From Polyangiales bacterium (GTDB taxonomy: Bacteria > Myxococcota_A > Polyangia > Polyangiales > Polyangiaceae): a DNA stretch of 64,000 bases. Shown here in pieces: positions 19,067 to 27,967 of this stretch. The stretch spans positions 1-64,000 of the forward strand of contig JBBRNJ010000033.1 in assembly GCA_038230375.1 (NCBI GenBank), given 5' to 3'. The translations under genes and the position numbers were made by a program. How positions within the stretch are numbered: the first letter of the stretch is position 1; every line of letters begins with the position of its first letter. The notes below the pieces were generated by a model. That model ran no database searches. It saw only the letters and a list, made by a program, of their open reading frames with translations, and was not told the DNA's origin.

Positions 19067-19519
19067 ATGCACAAGGTCGCGCTCACCATCACGGTCGGTC
19101 TCGGGGCAGCTTTCATGGTCGCCGCTTGCGGTGGCAAGGACGCGACGCCGCAGCCCGCGACCCCCGCCGGCTCCGCTTCACTTCAGGCAGGCCAGCCCGG
19201 CTACGGCCAGCAGCCTCAGCCTGGGCAGCCTGGCTACGGTCAGCAGCCGCAGCCCGGTTACGGTCAGCAGCCGCAGCCCGGTTATGGTCAGCAGCCGCAG
19301 CCCGGTTATGGTCAGCCGACCGCGCAGCTCGCCGTCCCCGGCCCCATGGCGCTCCCGTGCACCAGCGACGCCCAGTGCGTGACGCACAAGTGCAACACGC
19401 AATACAGCAAGTGCGCCTTCCCCTGCGAAACGGACAACGACTGCAACACCGGCAGCTACTGCTTCAAGGGCGTGCCGACTGGTGCGACTTGTTTGCCCAA
19501 GGCGCCGGGTCAACCCTGA
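19067..19519 (+). CDS. Small lipoprotein with QPGYGQQP repeats and Cys-rich tail
   Basis: GGAGGA RBS, lipobox VAAC, 8 Cys in the last ~55 aa. Confidence 0.8.
   Translation: MHKVALTITVGLGAAFMVAACGGKDATPQPATPAGSASLQAGQPGYGQQPQPGQPGYGQQPQPGYGQQPQPGYGQQPQPGYGQPTAQLAVPGPMALPCTSDAQCVTHKCNTQYSKCAFPCETDNDCNTGSYCFKGVPTGATCLPKAPGQP
19193..19318 (+). repeat. Coding tandem repeat, 24-nt unit (CAGCCCGGTTAYGGTCAGCAGCCG), ~5 copies
   Basis: Directly visible; encodes QPGYGQQP. Confidence 0.9.
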
Positions 19520-19545
19520 CGGCTTGCGGGGCCTCGCAGTCGGGT

Positions 19546-19797
19546 TTTGTTCCGCGGGCCTTTCAGGCCCCTCAAAACGCTTCGCGTTTTGAGCCTCCCC
19601 GCGATGGCTAGCGCCACGTCGTGCTTCGCACGACAGCTTCGGTCTGTGAGGTCTGCTCGAGTGGGAGCGACGCCGCCACCTCGTTAGCCGCGCCGTTCCT
19701 GACTTGGCCCCGTCTGCGGTAGCAGACGTTGGCGGAGCCGTCGTGGGGAGGCTCGCGAGCGGAGCTCGTGAGGGGCCTGAAAGGCCCGCGCGACAAA
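19546..19797. repeat. ~250-bp intergenic dyad element (REP/REPIN/MITE-like or structured RNA)
   Basis: Perfect 22-bp inverted repeat 19553-19574/19769-19790, second 19-bp arm pair 19591-19609/19736-19754, internal hairpins. Confidence 0.85.
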
Positions 19798-19837
19798 GGG
19801 CGTCGGGCACTGCGGTGCGGTCGTCTTGACGCCCCAG

Positions 19838-21469
19838 TCAGTAAGTCGTCGTAAAAGAATCCATTTTACCCGACGCTGGCCAGCCGATGCCTCTGACGTG
19901 TTTGTCTACGCAGGAGGATACTCCTGGGTTTGCTGGGTTCGTGTAGACGCTCACGCCGACTGCTCGGCCACCCTTGATCGCTACCTTCACGGTGACCTTC
20001 ATGTCATCCGGTGCGCCGCAGCCCGAGATGAATGCGGCGTTGCGCATGGGCGCGGAGAGCTGCGCGTTGGTGAGGTCTGCGCCGCCTCCGCCGCTGCCGA
20101 TCGACACCTCTGTGTTGTTCGACGCGATGGCTGCTTCGTAGCTCATGCCGTACGCGAATCCACCACCACCGCCGCCACGACCGCCGCCGCCGCGACCACC
20201 GCCGCCCGCACGTTTGCGACCACCGATGCCGCCGTCCCAGTCGAGCGCGAGCGCGTTCGGATCGTCCAGCATGTCCGTGTCCTCGTTGCGTGAGCCGCGC
20301 GCCTTCACGATGAACACGACCGCCGCCGCCGCGACGATCGCGAGGACCACGCCGCCGACGATGAACTTGAGCGCGCCCGAGGTGCGCTCAGCCTTCTCCA
20401 GGCGAACGACCTCTTTCTTCTCCGCGATCACCTGACGATTCAGCTTCGCGTGCTCCGCGAACGGGGCGAACTCATCCCACTCCTTGATCAACTTCGACTG
20501 CCCGGAGAGCTCGTCGCGGAGAATGTGATCCTCCGTGAAATGGTTGCTCGCGATCTGCTGAAGGAGCTCGACGGCGGAGAACGGACCGTGGTCCATCTTC
20601 TCCTTGTTGACGACGTAGCGCGGACGCGGGTCAGACTCGAGCCGTGCCTTGAGTTGTGCGAGCTGTGTGGTTGCATCCATGGCTTTGGGCACGTTCGCTC
20701 GCGTGTCGATCACGTTGCCATAAGGGTCGCCCATGCCGTGCGCCGATCCGTGATTGTGGGTCCCGGGCGCGGACACGCCCGGCGGCAGGCCGACTTGCGG
20801 CGGGTTCGAGTTGCGCTGCGGACCGGGATTGGAGGGGCGCTCGTTCGGCGGGATCATCGAGAGCTTCACGTCGACGACGAAGTCTTCGCCCTGATCCAGA
20901 CGCCCAGCAGAGACCTCCGGCGGCGGAATACTCTTCATGGGCGCCACGTGATGCATGGCGCTCGCGAGCGCGCCGAGATCATCGGGACGCGCGGCCGGGT
21001 TCGCGACGAGCGCCTTCGCGAGCAGCGTCTCCAACCCGCTGGGCAGCGTGGGATCGATCTGCTTCGGCCGACGCATGCCAGGACCGACGTACTCGCACGT
21101 CACCATCTCGTAGAGGATGGCCCCGATCGCGAACACGCTCGCGCGACTATTGCCCGGTGTTCGTGACGCAACGAGCTCGGGCGCGAGGCACGCCAGATCC
21201 TGGTGGGTCGTGGGGGCGGTCGCGAGGCGCGGCTCGAACCGCGTGATGCCGTCGCCGCCGACGAGGACGCAGCCAGGGTGAAGGTACAGCGACTCACCGC
21301 GATTGTGGCGCGTCTGGACATCCAGGCAGAGCGGGACGACGATCGCGATCGACTCCTCGAGCGTGAGCGGCTGGCCCTGCGAACGACGCCCATCGAGCAC
21401 CTGCCGCAGTGTGTACTGCGTGCCGGCGGCGTGAGCGCCTCCACGGGTGGGAGCGACAGAAGCGGTCAT
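19838..21469 (-). CDS. Membrane protein: degenerate kinase C-lobe + GYF-like domain + TM + Gly-rich linker + TonB-C/AgmX-like domain
   Basis: LAPE...ASVFAIGAILYEMVT; RYVVNKEKMDHGPFSAVEL; TM FIVGGVVLAIVAAAAVVFIV; VTVKVAIKGGRAVGVSV...SSCV....RGIGWP. Confidence 0.7.
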   Translation of the reverse strand: MTASVAPTRGGAHAAGTQYTLRQVLDGRRSQGQPLTLEESIAIVVPLCLDVQTRHNRGESLYLHPGCVLVGGDGITRFEPRLATAPTTHQDLACLAPELVASRTPGNSRASVFAIGAILYEMVTCEYVGPGMRRPKQIDPTLPSGLETLLAKALVANPAARPDDLGALASAMHHVAPMKSIPPPEVSAGRLDQGEDFVVDVKLSMIPPNERPSNPGPQRNSNPPQVGLPPGVSAPGTHNHGSAHGMGDPYGNVIDTRANVPKAMDATTQLAQLKARLESDPRPRYVVNKEKMDHGPFSAVELLQQIASNHFTEDHILRDELSGQSKLIKEWDEFAPFAEHAKLNRQVIAEKKEVVRLEKAERTSGALKFIVGGVVLAIVAAAAVVFIVKARGSRNEDTDMLDDPNALALDWDGGIGGRKRAGGGGRGGGGRGGGGGGFAYGMSYEAAIASNNTEVSIGSGGGGADLTNAQLSAPMRNAAFISGCGAPDDMKVTVKVAIKGGRAVGVSVYTNPANPGVSSCVDKHVRGIGWPASGKMDSFTTTY

Positions 21470-21561
21470 AGAGGTACAAAGCTACGCGGAATTGCCGCGT
21501 TTCTCAAGCACGCGTCGCGTGTGACGCTTCTATCAATCGCAGATCTGCAGCACGCTCGGGG

Positions 21562-23595
21562 TCAGGAACGCGTCGCGTGCTCGCGAGCACGCTCGACGAC
21601 AAGATTTTTACCACGGTACGAGATTCCGTGGAGGCGAGTGACGGCGTTCTCCACGTCCTCCTTCCGGAGGCTCACGAACGTCGCGCGGTCGCGGACGCGG
21701 ATCGCGAGGATGGCCGATTTGTCGATCTGCGCGTTCTCGGCGAACAGATCTTCGACGTCGCTCGGACGGATCCCGTCGCGCCGACCGACGCCGACGTACA
21801 CCTGCGCCAACGTCTCCGCGGGCAGATCCGGCAGAAGCGCCGCCAGGTCCGCGCCCGTGATGGCGACGGTGGCCTCGTCACCTTCGATGGTGATCCCAGG
21901 CAGGGCGATGTCGTTGCTGCGCGCGCGCTTGGGACCGACGTCCGCGCTCGCGTGGGCATCCTGGCCCTTCGCGTCCATGATCGGGCGATCGTCGTCGGCC
22001 TCTGCGCGGGGCTCCCAGCTGGCGAGCTCCGCCTGCGGCATCCCGCCACTGCGGCGACGCGGCTCGCGATCCCGGTTGTGCTCGCGGGGAGCGCGCGGCT
22101 CACGCGGCGCGTCTGCGGGTCTGTCCTTGCGTGGCGCGCCACCAACGGGCGCGATGCCTTCACGGAGCGTGTGCGGCGGCGTGCCTTCAACGACCGCATG
22201 GATCGGCGCCGGGTTCTTTGCGCGGCGGCTCTCCGAGGCCTCCTCCTGCACGTTCCCGCCCTGCGCTTCCTTGGCGCCCAGGTGGTCGCGCACGAGGCCC
22301 GCGACGATGCGTTCCGCGTCCGGATGCGTGAGCAATCGACGCGCGAGCGCGAGGTCGGTGGGCTCCACGGGGCGCAGCGCGAATGCATCCGCGAAGAACT
22401 GGACGATGTCCGCCTCCGCGCGCGTCGCGAGCTCGCCCTTGCTCGGAAGCTGCTTCTCGATCGGGCGGATCTTGTAGGTCAGACGCAGCAGGTAGAGGTT
22501 GCCGACGTCCTTGGGCCCGACGATCGAGATCGCAGTGCCCGTACGACCTGCGCGGCCAGTGCGGCCGGTACGGTGGACGTACGCCTCCGCGTTCTCGGGG
22601 AAATCCGCGTTGAACACGTGCGTGAGGTGCGAGACGTCGATGCCGCGCGCCGCCACGTCGGTCGCAACGAGGAAGCGGAGCTTGCCTTCGCGTGTGGCCT
22701 GCATGATGCGCTCGCGCTCGCGCTGCTCGAGGTCGCCGTTGAGCCAGTCGGCGTCGTAGCCGCGCACCTTCAGGTACTCGGCGAGCTTCTCGGTCTCGTC
22801 CTTGGTGTTGCAGAAGAGGATCGCGCTCTCGGGATCTTCGACCTCGAGGACCTTCACGATGTCGGCGCGCTTGTCGATGCCGCCGCCGCGCGTGAGGTAG
22901 ATGAAGTGCTTGACGCTGAGCGCGCCGACCGAGTCGGACGACAGCGTGATGTACTCCGGATCCTTGAGCTGCGCGTTCGCGAGGCGCTCGATGTCCGGCG
23001 GGATGGTGGCCGAGAAATACAGGCCCTGGCGGTCCTTCGGCAGGAACGCGACGATGGCGTGGAGCTCCTTCGCGAAGCCCATCGAAAGCATCTCGTCCGC
23101 CTCGTCCAGGACGAAGATGCGGATGCTGCTCGGGTCCATGGTGCCGCGACGAAGGTGATCGAGCACGCGTCCTGGCGTACCGACGATGATCTGCGCGCCG
23201 GCAGCGAGCTCCTCGATCTGCTTTCCCATGGGGGCGCCGCCGTAGACGCTCATCACCTTGGTGCCGCGGAACTCGGAGAGGCGGATGAGCTCTCGGCCGA
23301 CCTGCAGCGCGAGCTCACGCGTGGGCACCAGGACGAGCGCCTGCGCCTTGTCGACCGACTTCTTCACGAGCGCGTCGATGATGGGAAGGCCGAACGCGCA
23401 GGTCTTTCCCGTGCCGGTCCGGGCCTGGACGACCAGGCTCTTGCCGCGGCTCGCGGGCTCGAAGCACGCCACCTGTACCGGCGTGGGGTTCTTGTACCCG
23501 AGACCGTCGATGGCCTTGCGGATGTCGGCGCTCAGCGCGAGCGCATCGAAAGTGGGCGGCGCCTTGGGCTCAACTGTCTCGTCGGTCTGCTGCAT
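21562..23595 (-). CDS. deaD: DEAD-box RNA helicase with C-terminal DbpA-type RNA-binding domain
   Basis: Q motif, ARTGTGKT, PTRELA, GTPGR, DEAD, SAT, ARGID, HRTGRTGRAG; VGVGRRDGIRPSD C-terminal domain. Confidence 0.9.
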   Translation of the reverse strand: MQQTDETVEPKAPPTFDALALSADIRKAIDGLGYKNPTPVQVACFEPASRGKSLVVQARTGTGKTCAFGLPIIDALVKKSVDKAQALVLVPTRELALQVGRELIRLSEFRGTKVMSVYGGAPMGKQIEELAAGAQIIVGTPGRVLDHLRRGTMDPSSIRIFVLDEADEMLSMGFAKELHAIVAFLPKDRQGLYFSATIPPDIERLANAQLKDPEYITLSSDSVGALSVKHFIYLTRGGGIDKRADIVKVLEVEDPESAILFCNTKDETEKLAEYLKVRGYDADWLNGDLEQRERERIMQATREGKLRFLVATDVAARGIDVSHLTHVFNADFPENAEAYVHRTGRTGRAGRTGTAISIVGPKDVGNLYLLRLTYKIRPIEKQLPSKGELATRAEADIVQFFADAFALRPVEPTDLALARRLLTHPDAERIVAGLVRDHLGAKEAQGGNVQEEASESRRAKNPAPIHAVVEGTPPHTLREGIAPVGGAPRKDRPADAPREPRAPREHNRDREPRRRSGGMPQAELASWEPRAEADDDRPIMDAKGQDAHASADVGPKRARSNDIALPGITIEGDEATVAITGADLAALLPDLPAETLAQVYVGVGRRDGIRPSDVEDLFAENAQIDKSAILAIRVRDRATFVSLRKEDVENAVTRLHGISYRGKNLVVERAREHATRS

Positions 23596-23623
23596 GCGGG
23601 ACCGCTTCTACCGCAGTTCCCCG

Positions 23624-23830
23624 TCATTTTTCGCCAAAAACGTTGCCAAAAACGTTAACGGCGAAGTTGTAGACGGTGGTGAGCACGAACCAGGCGCCGA
23701 ATACCACCATGATCACGGTCCCGACCTGGCGTCCTTTGCGCCCTGCGAGAGCGATGCGCTCTTCCTCGGCGCTCCTGGGCGGGGAATCGTCTGCGTCGCC
23801 GTCGGCCCGCCCGTCTGTGTCTTCGCTCAC
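23624..23830 (-). CDS. Small single-TM membrane protein
   Basis: Acidic N-terminus, one TM (VIMVVFGAWFVLTTVY); fills the gap upstream of the helicase. Confidence 0.5.
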   Translation of the reverse strand: MSEDTDGRADGDADDSPPRSAEEERIALAGRKGRQVGTVIMVVFGAWFVLTTVYNFAVNVFGNVFGEK

Positions 23831-23878
23831 GCGAGAATCTTTTGCTCTCTTTCACACATTGGTCAATTCTCCCGTGCG

Positions 23879-24685
23879 ATGACCTCACAGAAAGTGCTCA
23901 GCGGGAAGGTGGCGTGGGTGACGGGCGGCGGCCGCGGGATCGGGCGGAGCATCGCGCTTCTGCTGGCCGCCAGAGGGGCGCAGGTCGTCGTCACCGGACG
24001 TGACGAGCGGAAGATCGCGGAGGTGGTCGGCGAGATCGCGAACGGCGGCGGCAAGGCGCGCCACCTCAAGGCCGACGTCCGGGACCCGGCGTCGTCACGC
24101 GCTGCGGTCGAGCTCGCGCACACGGCGTTCGGGGGCCTCGACATCGTCGTCGCGGGGGCCGGCGTGTCGGGGCGCGTGCCGCTCGGTCGCGCAGGCGGGG
24201 AGGGGGAGGCGGACCTCGAGCGCGCCCGTGCGATCTTCGAGACCAACCTACTCGGTGCATATTACACGTTTCAGGCAGCGGTCCCCGCGGTGCGCGCGGG
24301 CGGTCGACTGATTGCGATCTCGTCGGTGCTCGGCAAGTTCGGCGTGCCTGGCTACGCCGCGTACTGCGCGAGCAAGTCGGGCGTGCTCGGGCTGGTGCGC
24401 GCGACCGCCCACGAGGTGGCGGACCGGAAGATCACCTGCAACGCCGTGGTCCCGGGCTGGGTCGACACGGACATGGCGACGGAGGGCCTTGCGGAGATCG
24501 CGCGCGGTGCTGGCGTCACGGCCGCACAGGCGAAGGCGGACGCCGTCAAGGCCTTCCCGCTCGGCCGCTTCATCGAGCCGGACGAGATCGCAGGGTTCGT
24601 CGCATTTCTGGTCGGCCCCGACGCTGCGGCGATCACCGGCCAGGCGCTCTCCATGTGCGGTGGAGCAACGGCGTTCGGCGGTTGA
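23879..24685 (+). CDS. SDR family NAD(P)-dependent oxidoreductase
   Basis: TGGGRGIG, SS, YCASK, PGWVDTDM; start ATG 23879. Confidence 0.92.
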   Translation: MTSQKVLSGKVAWVTGGGRGIGRSIALLLAARGAQVVVTGRDERKIAEVVGEIANGGGKARHLKADVRDPASSRAAVELAHTAFGGLDIVVAGAGVSGRVPLGRAGGEGEADLERARAIFETNLLGAYYTFQAAVPAVRAGGRLIAISSVLGKFGVPGYAAYCASKSGVLGLVRATAHEVADRKITCNAVVPGWVDTDMATEGLAEIARGAGVTAAQAKADAVKAFPLGRFIEPDEIAGFVAFLVGPDAAAITGQALSMCGGATAFGG

Positions 24686-24716
24686 GGGCCCCCGTTTTTC
24701 GGGCGCTTTTCCTTGC

Positions 24717-24765
24717 TTGACTGCCCCGGGAGGGGCCCCTACATACTCTTCAAAAGTATTTGAAG
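24717..24765 (+). promoter_or_regulatory. Putative sigma70 promoter with overlapping palindromic operator CTTCAAA-AGTA-TTTGAAG
   Basis: TTGACT at 24717, TACATACT around 24740-24747, perfect 7-bp inverted repeat at 24748-24765. Confidence 0.6.
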
Positions 24766-24817
24766 GATTCGACGGTGCCGGTCACACGGCCCCGCGGAGA
24801 GCTCGAAGAAGAGGCCG

Positions 24818-25849
24818 ATGCACCCTGCTGCCGCATTCAATCTGCTCGAACAAGCCGCCGACGGACGCGTTCAGGAGAAGACGCGCGCGCGGCTCATGGA
24901 CGCGGCCAAGGTCGTCGGTGAGCCGTTCCTGCGCGTGGAGGCGGAGGTCGCCCGGCTCTCGCAGGTCGGCGCTGCGCCCGGGACGCAGGCAGCTGCGCAT
25001 CTGGTCGCGGGCGGAGGCAAGCGCGTTCGCCCGCTGTCCACGCTGCTCGCATGCGCGTGCTTTGGTGACATCACTCCGGCCGCAGAGCAGCTCGCCACCG
25101 CGGCGGAGCTCATTCATGCGGCCACGCTGCTCCACGACGACGTGATCGACGACGGCAGCGAGCGACGCGGGGTCCCGACTGCGCGCCGGATCTACGGCAA
25201 TGCGGTCAGCGTGCTCGCAGGTGATCTGTTGCTGGTGCATGCGCTCGAGCAGGTCAGCAAGACGGGCCAGCGCGATGCGCTCTCCTCGCTGTTCGTCACG
25301 CTGCGCACGCTCGTGGACGGTGAGGTGGTGCAGCTGCGCGGGCGGACTCTCCTTGACCCCACGGAAGAGACCTACCTTCGCATCGTGAAGGACAAGACCG
25401 CATCACTCTTCGTGTGGGCGCTCACTGCGGGCGCGCGCGCGGGCGGGGCGGCGCCGCAGGACATCGAGCGGTTCGCGGAGTTTGGTGCGCACCTCGGCGT
25501 GGCGTTCCAGCTCGTGGATGACGTCATCGACTACGCGTCCCCGCCGGAGCTGAGCGGGAAGAAGCTCTGCGCGGACCTGCTCGAGGGCAAGCTCACGCTG
25601 CCCCTCATCCTGGCCATGCGAGAAGAAGAGTCCCTGATCACGCTGGTGTCGCGGCTGCGCGCCGGTGAGACGGAGCTAGGCCCGAAGATCGCTGAGCGCG
25701 TGCGTGGGTCGCGCGCCATCGCGGACGCGCGCGCCCGTGCCGAGGCGGAGACCAAGCTCGCGGCGGACGCACTGTCCACGATCCCCCCATCGCATGCGCG
25801 CACGCTGTTGCTCGGCGTCGCCACGGAGCTAGCCGGTCGTGCCAGCTGA
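24818..25849 (+). CDS. ispB: Trans-polyprenyl diphosphate synthase (octaprenyl/IspB-like)
   Basis: GGKRVRP, ELIHAATLLHDDVID (FARM), RRG, GE..QL, KTA, FQLVDD (SARM), DL.EGK.TLP. Confidence 0.85.
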   Translation: MHPAAAFNLLEQAADGRVQEKTRARLMDAAKVVGEPFLRVEAEVARLSQVGAAPGTQAAAHLVAGGGKRVRPLSTLLACACFGDITPAAEQLATAAELIHAATLLHDDVIDDGSERRGVPTARRIYGNAVSVLAGDLLLVHALEQVSKTGQRDALSSLFVTLRTLVDGEVVQLRGRTLLDPTEETYLRIVKDKTASLFVWALTAGARAGGAAPQDIERFAEFGAHLGVAFQLVDDVIDYASPPELSGKKLCADLLEGKLTLPLILAMREEESLITLVSRLRAGETELGPKIAERVRGSRAIADARARAEAETKLAADALSTIPPSHARTLLLGVATELAGRAS

Positions 25850-25876
25850 ATCTTTGCTAGACCGGAGAGGTGAGCC

Positions 25877-26452
25877 GTGACGAAGGAAACACATACACTC
25901 TGGCCCAGCGAGGCCGCCGTCAGCGACGTCGTGGGCCGGCTCATGGAGTTCTGGGGATTCAAGCGAAACATGGGCCGCATCTGGGCGGTCCTCTACCTCT
26001 CGGTGGAGCCACGCTCTGCGGAGGATCTGCGCGAGACGTTGAAGCTGTCATCGGGCGCGGTCAGCATGACGCTCTCGGAGCTCCTGCGGTGGGGCGTCGT
26101 TCGCAAGGTGTGGGTACAGGGTGAGCGCAAGGACTTCTACACGGCGGAGGTGCAGCTTTGGCGCATGATCTCCCGCGTGTTCTCCGAGCGCGAGCGGTCG
26201 GAGATCAAGTTCGCCATCGAGGCGTTCGAGGAGGCGCTGGCGGAGCTCGAGGTGCTCAAGCGCTCGGACGACGAGAAGACCCGCGAGCGGGCAACGTTGC
26301 AGTATGCACGCATCGCGCAGCTGCTGGAGCTGTCGCGGCTGGGTCAGAAGCTGCTCGACGCGCTCCTTGCCACGGCGAAGCTGGACGCGGAGCCGCTCGT
26401 TCGCTTCCTGCTCGGGCGCGACAAGGCGCGTTCGCCCTCGCATCCTTCCTGA
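25877..26452 (+). CDS. GbsR/MarR family transcriptional regulator
   Basis: WGFKRNMGRIWAVLYLS.EP.SAEDL...L.LS.GAVSM.L.EL..WGVVRKV...GERKDFY.AE. Confidence 0.88.
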   Translation: MTKETHTLWPSEAAVSDVVGRLMEFWGFKRNMGRIWAVLYLSVEPRSAEDLRETLKLSSGAVSMTLSELLRWGVVRKVWVQGERKDFYTAEVQLWRMISRVFSERERSEIKFAIEAFEEALAELEVLKRSDDEKTRERATLQYARIAQLLELSRLGQKLLDALLATAKLDAEPLVRFLLGRDKARSPSHPS

Positions 26453-27879
26453 TCGGCCTGACGAACGCGCGGGCGGATACGGCCGCTCCATCGCAGGCGG
26501 GCACGGTCGTCGCGCCCATCACGAAGAACGACTATGCGCTGGAGCTCTTTCAGGGGCCGGTGCTCGCGCCCAGCCGCGTGCTCGGGCTCGCGGGCGCGTA
26601 CACGGCGTACGGTGAGGGCGTGGAGGGCGTCGCCACGAACGCCGCATCGCCCGCCGTGCGCGAGATCTACAGCACGGACTGGTGGACGCTCGACATCTCC
26701 CCGAGCGTCTCACTCCCCGGCGGCTATGCAGGAACGGACTTCGACAACCGCGGCAACACGAATCCGGATCTGGTGTCGCGCACGAATCACTTCCTGTTCG
26801 CGTCCATCGGCGCGCGCGTGCAGGCGGGCTCGCTCGGCGTCGCGGTCACGGGTGAGCTCCTTCGCTACGACGTGACCGATCCGAAGCCGAACCAGCCCGG
26901 GCTCGCGCTCGCGTACGGTCGCTACCACGCCGTCGTCGCGTATGGATTCTGGAACAACCAGGTGATCGTCGGCGGCGGACTCCGCGCGGTCACGCTCGCG
27001 CTCACGCAGTCCAATGGCTCTCTCACCGGGGTGGTCACGGACAAGGTGATCCTGACGCAGGCGGGCGCCTCTCCGGAGGGCGGCGTCATCATCAAGCCCA
27101 ACGACTCGCCGTACCGCATCGGCGCGACGATCCGCGCGCCCGTGGAGACCGGGCTCTTCCAGTCGCTGAACAAGCAGGCCGCATCGTTCGACGGCGTGAG
27201 CCGCGCCGAGAGCTACATCCTGCCGCGAGCTGTCGTCCAGCCGTGGGAGATCGAGGCAGGGTTCGCGTGGCAGCTGGGCCCGCGCCCGCTGAATCCCGCG
27301 TGGGTGAATCCGCACGAGGAAGAGACCGCGGCCCGCGCACGCATCGACAGCCTGCGCCGGCAGCGGGCGGACGCGATCGCCGTTGCAGCCACGCGCGCAG
27401 AGCGTCGTCGCCTGTTCGAGGCAGACCGGCTGGAGCGCGTCGAAGAAGATCGCGATCTGGCGAACGAAGCGGCGCGGCTTCTCGACATCCGCAAGGCGCG
27501 CTACGCGAACTGGCCGCGCGAAAAGCTCCTGGTGCTCGGCAGCGTGCTCATGAGCGGCGCCAGCCATGAAGCCGTCGCGCTAGAGGGCTTCCTCGATCAG
27601 AAGCGAGAGATCGTGGGTCGCAGTGTGGTGCTCACGCCACGCGCCGGCGTGGAAGCGGAGCCCGTCGACAACCGTATGCGCATCCGCCTGGGTGGCTACA
27701 TCGAGCCCACGCGCTTCGACAACGGAAGCATCCGCCAGCACTTCACGTTCGGAGGAGACATCAAGCTCTTCAACTTCGACGTCCTCGGCCTCTTCCCGAA
27801 TCCCTGGCAGCTCCAGTTCATCCTCGACGCGGCCCCTCGCTACACGAACTACGGCATCGGCATCGGAGCCTGGCACTGA
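26398..27879 (+). CDS. Secreted/outer-membrane protein (FadL-like barrel features); start codon unresolved
   Basis: Signal-like RQGAFALASFLIGLTNARA, R.LGLAGAYTA..EG....NAA N-terminal motif, beta strands, aromatic C-terminus GIGAWH. Confidence 0.7.
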   Translation, partial: RSLPARARQGAFALASFLIGLTNARADTAAPSQAGTVVAPITKNDYALELFQGPVLAPSRVLGLAGAYTAYGEGVEGVATNAASPAVREIYSTDWWTLDISPSVSLPGGYAGTDFDNRGNTNPDLVSRTNHFLFASIGARVQAGSLGVAVTGELLRYDVTDPKPNQPGLALAYGRYHAVVAYGFWNNQVIVGGGLRAVTLALTQSNGSLTGVVTDKVILTQAGASPEGGVIIKPNDSPYRIGATIRAPVETGLFQSLNKQAASFDGVSRAESYILPRAVVQPWEIEAGFAWQLGPRPLNPAWVNPHEEETAARARIDSLRRQRADAIAVAATRAERRRLFEADRLERVEEDRDLANEAARLLDIRKARYANWPREKLLVLGSVLMSGASHEAVALEGFLDQKREIVGRSVVLTPRAGVEAEPVDNRMRIRLGGYIEPTRFDNGSIRQHFTFGGDIKLFNFDVLGLFPNPWQLQFILDAAPRYTNYGIGIGAWH

Positions 27880-27897
27880 AACAGCATCGCTGTTTTC
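27879..27897. terminator. Hairpin AAACAGC-ATC-GCTGTTT at convergent gene junction
   Basis: 7-bp stem immediately at the stop codon followed by T-rich bases. Confidence 0.45.
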
Positions 27898-27967
27898 TCA
27901 TTGGGGGCGACCCGCGCTGCGCTGCACGTTGGCGCGCGTGCCCGACGTCCTTCTTGATGAAGCTCGC

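Noticed and set aside
15432..19800. Genomic island integrated at tRNA-Lys
   Set aside because: No integrase, no duplicated tRNA 3' end seen, and downstream genes have host-like codon usage
23258..23878. N-terminal extension of the SDR ORF
   Set aside because: Overlaps the helicase on the opposite strand; the Rossmann motif begins right after ATG 23879
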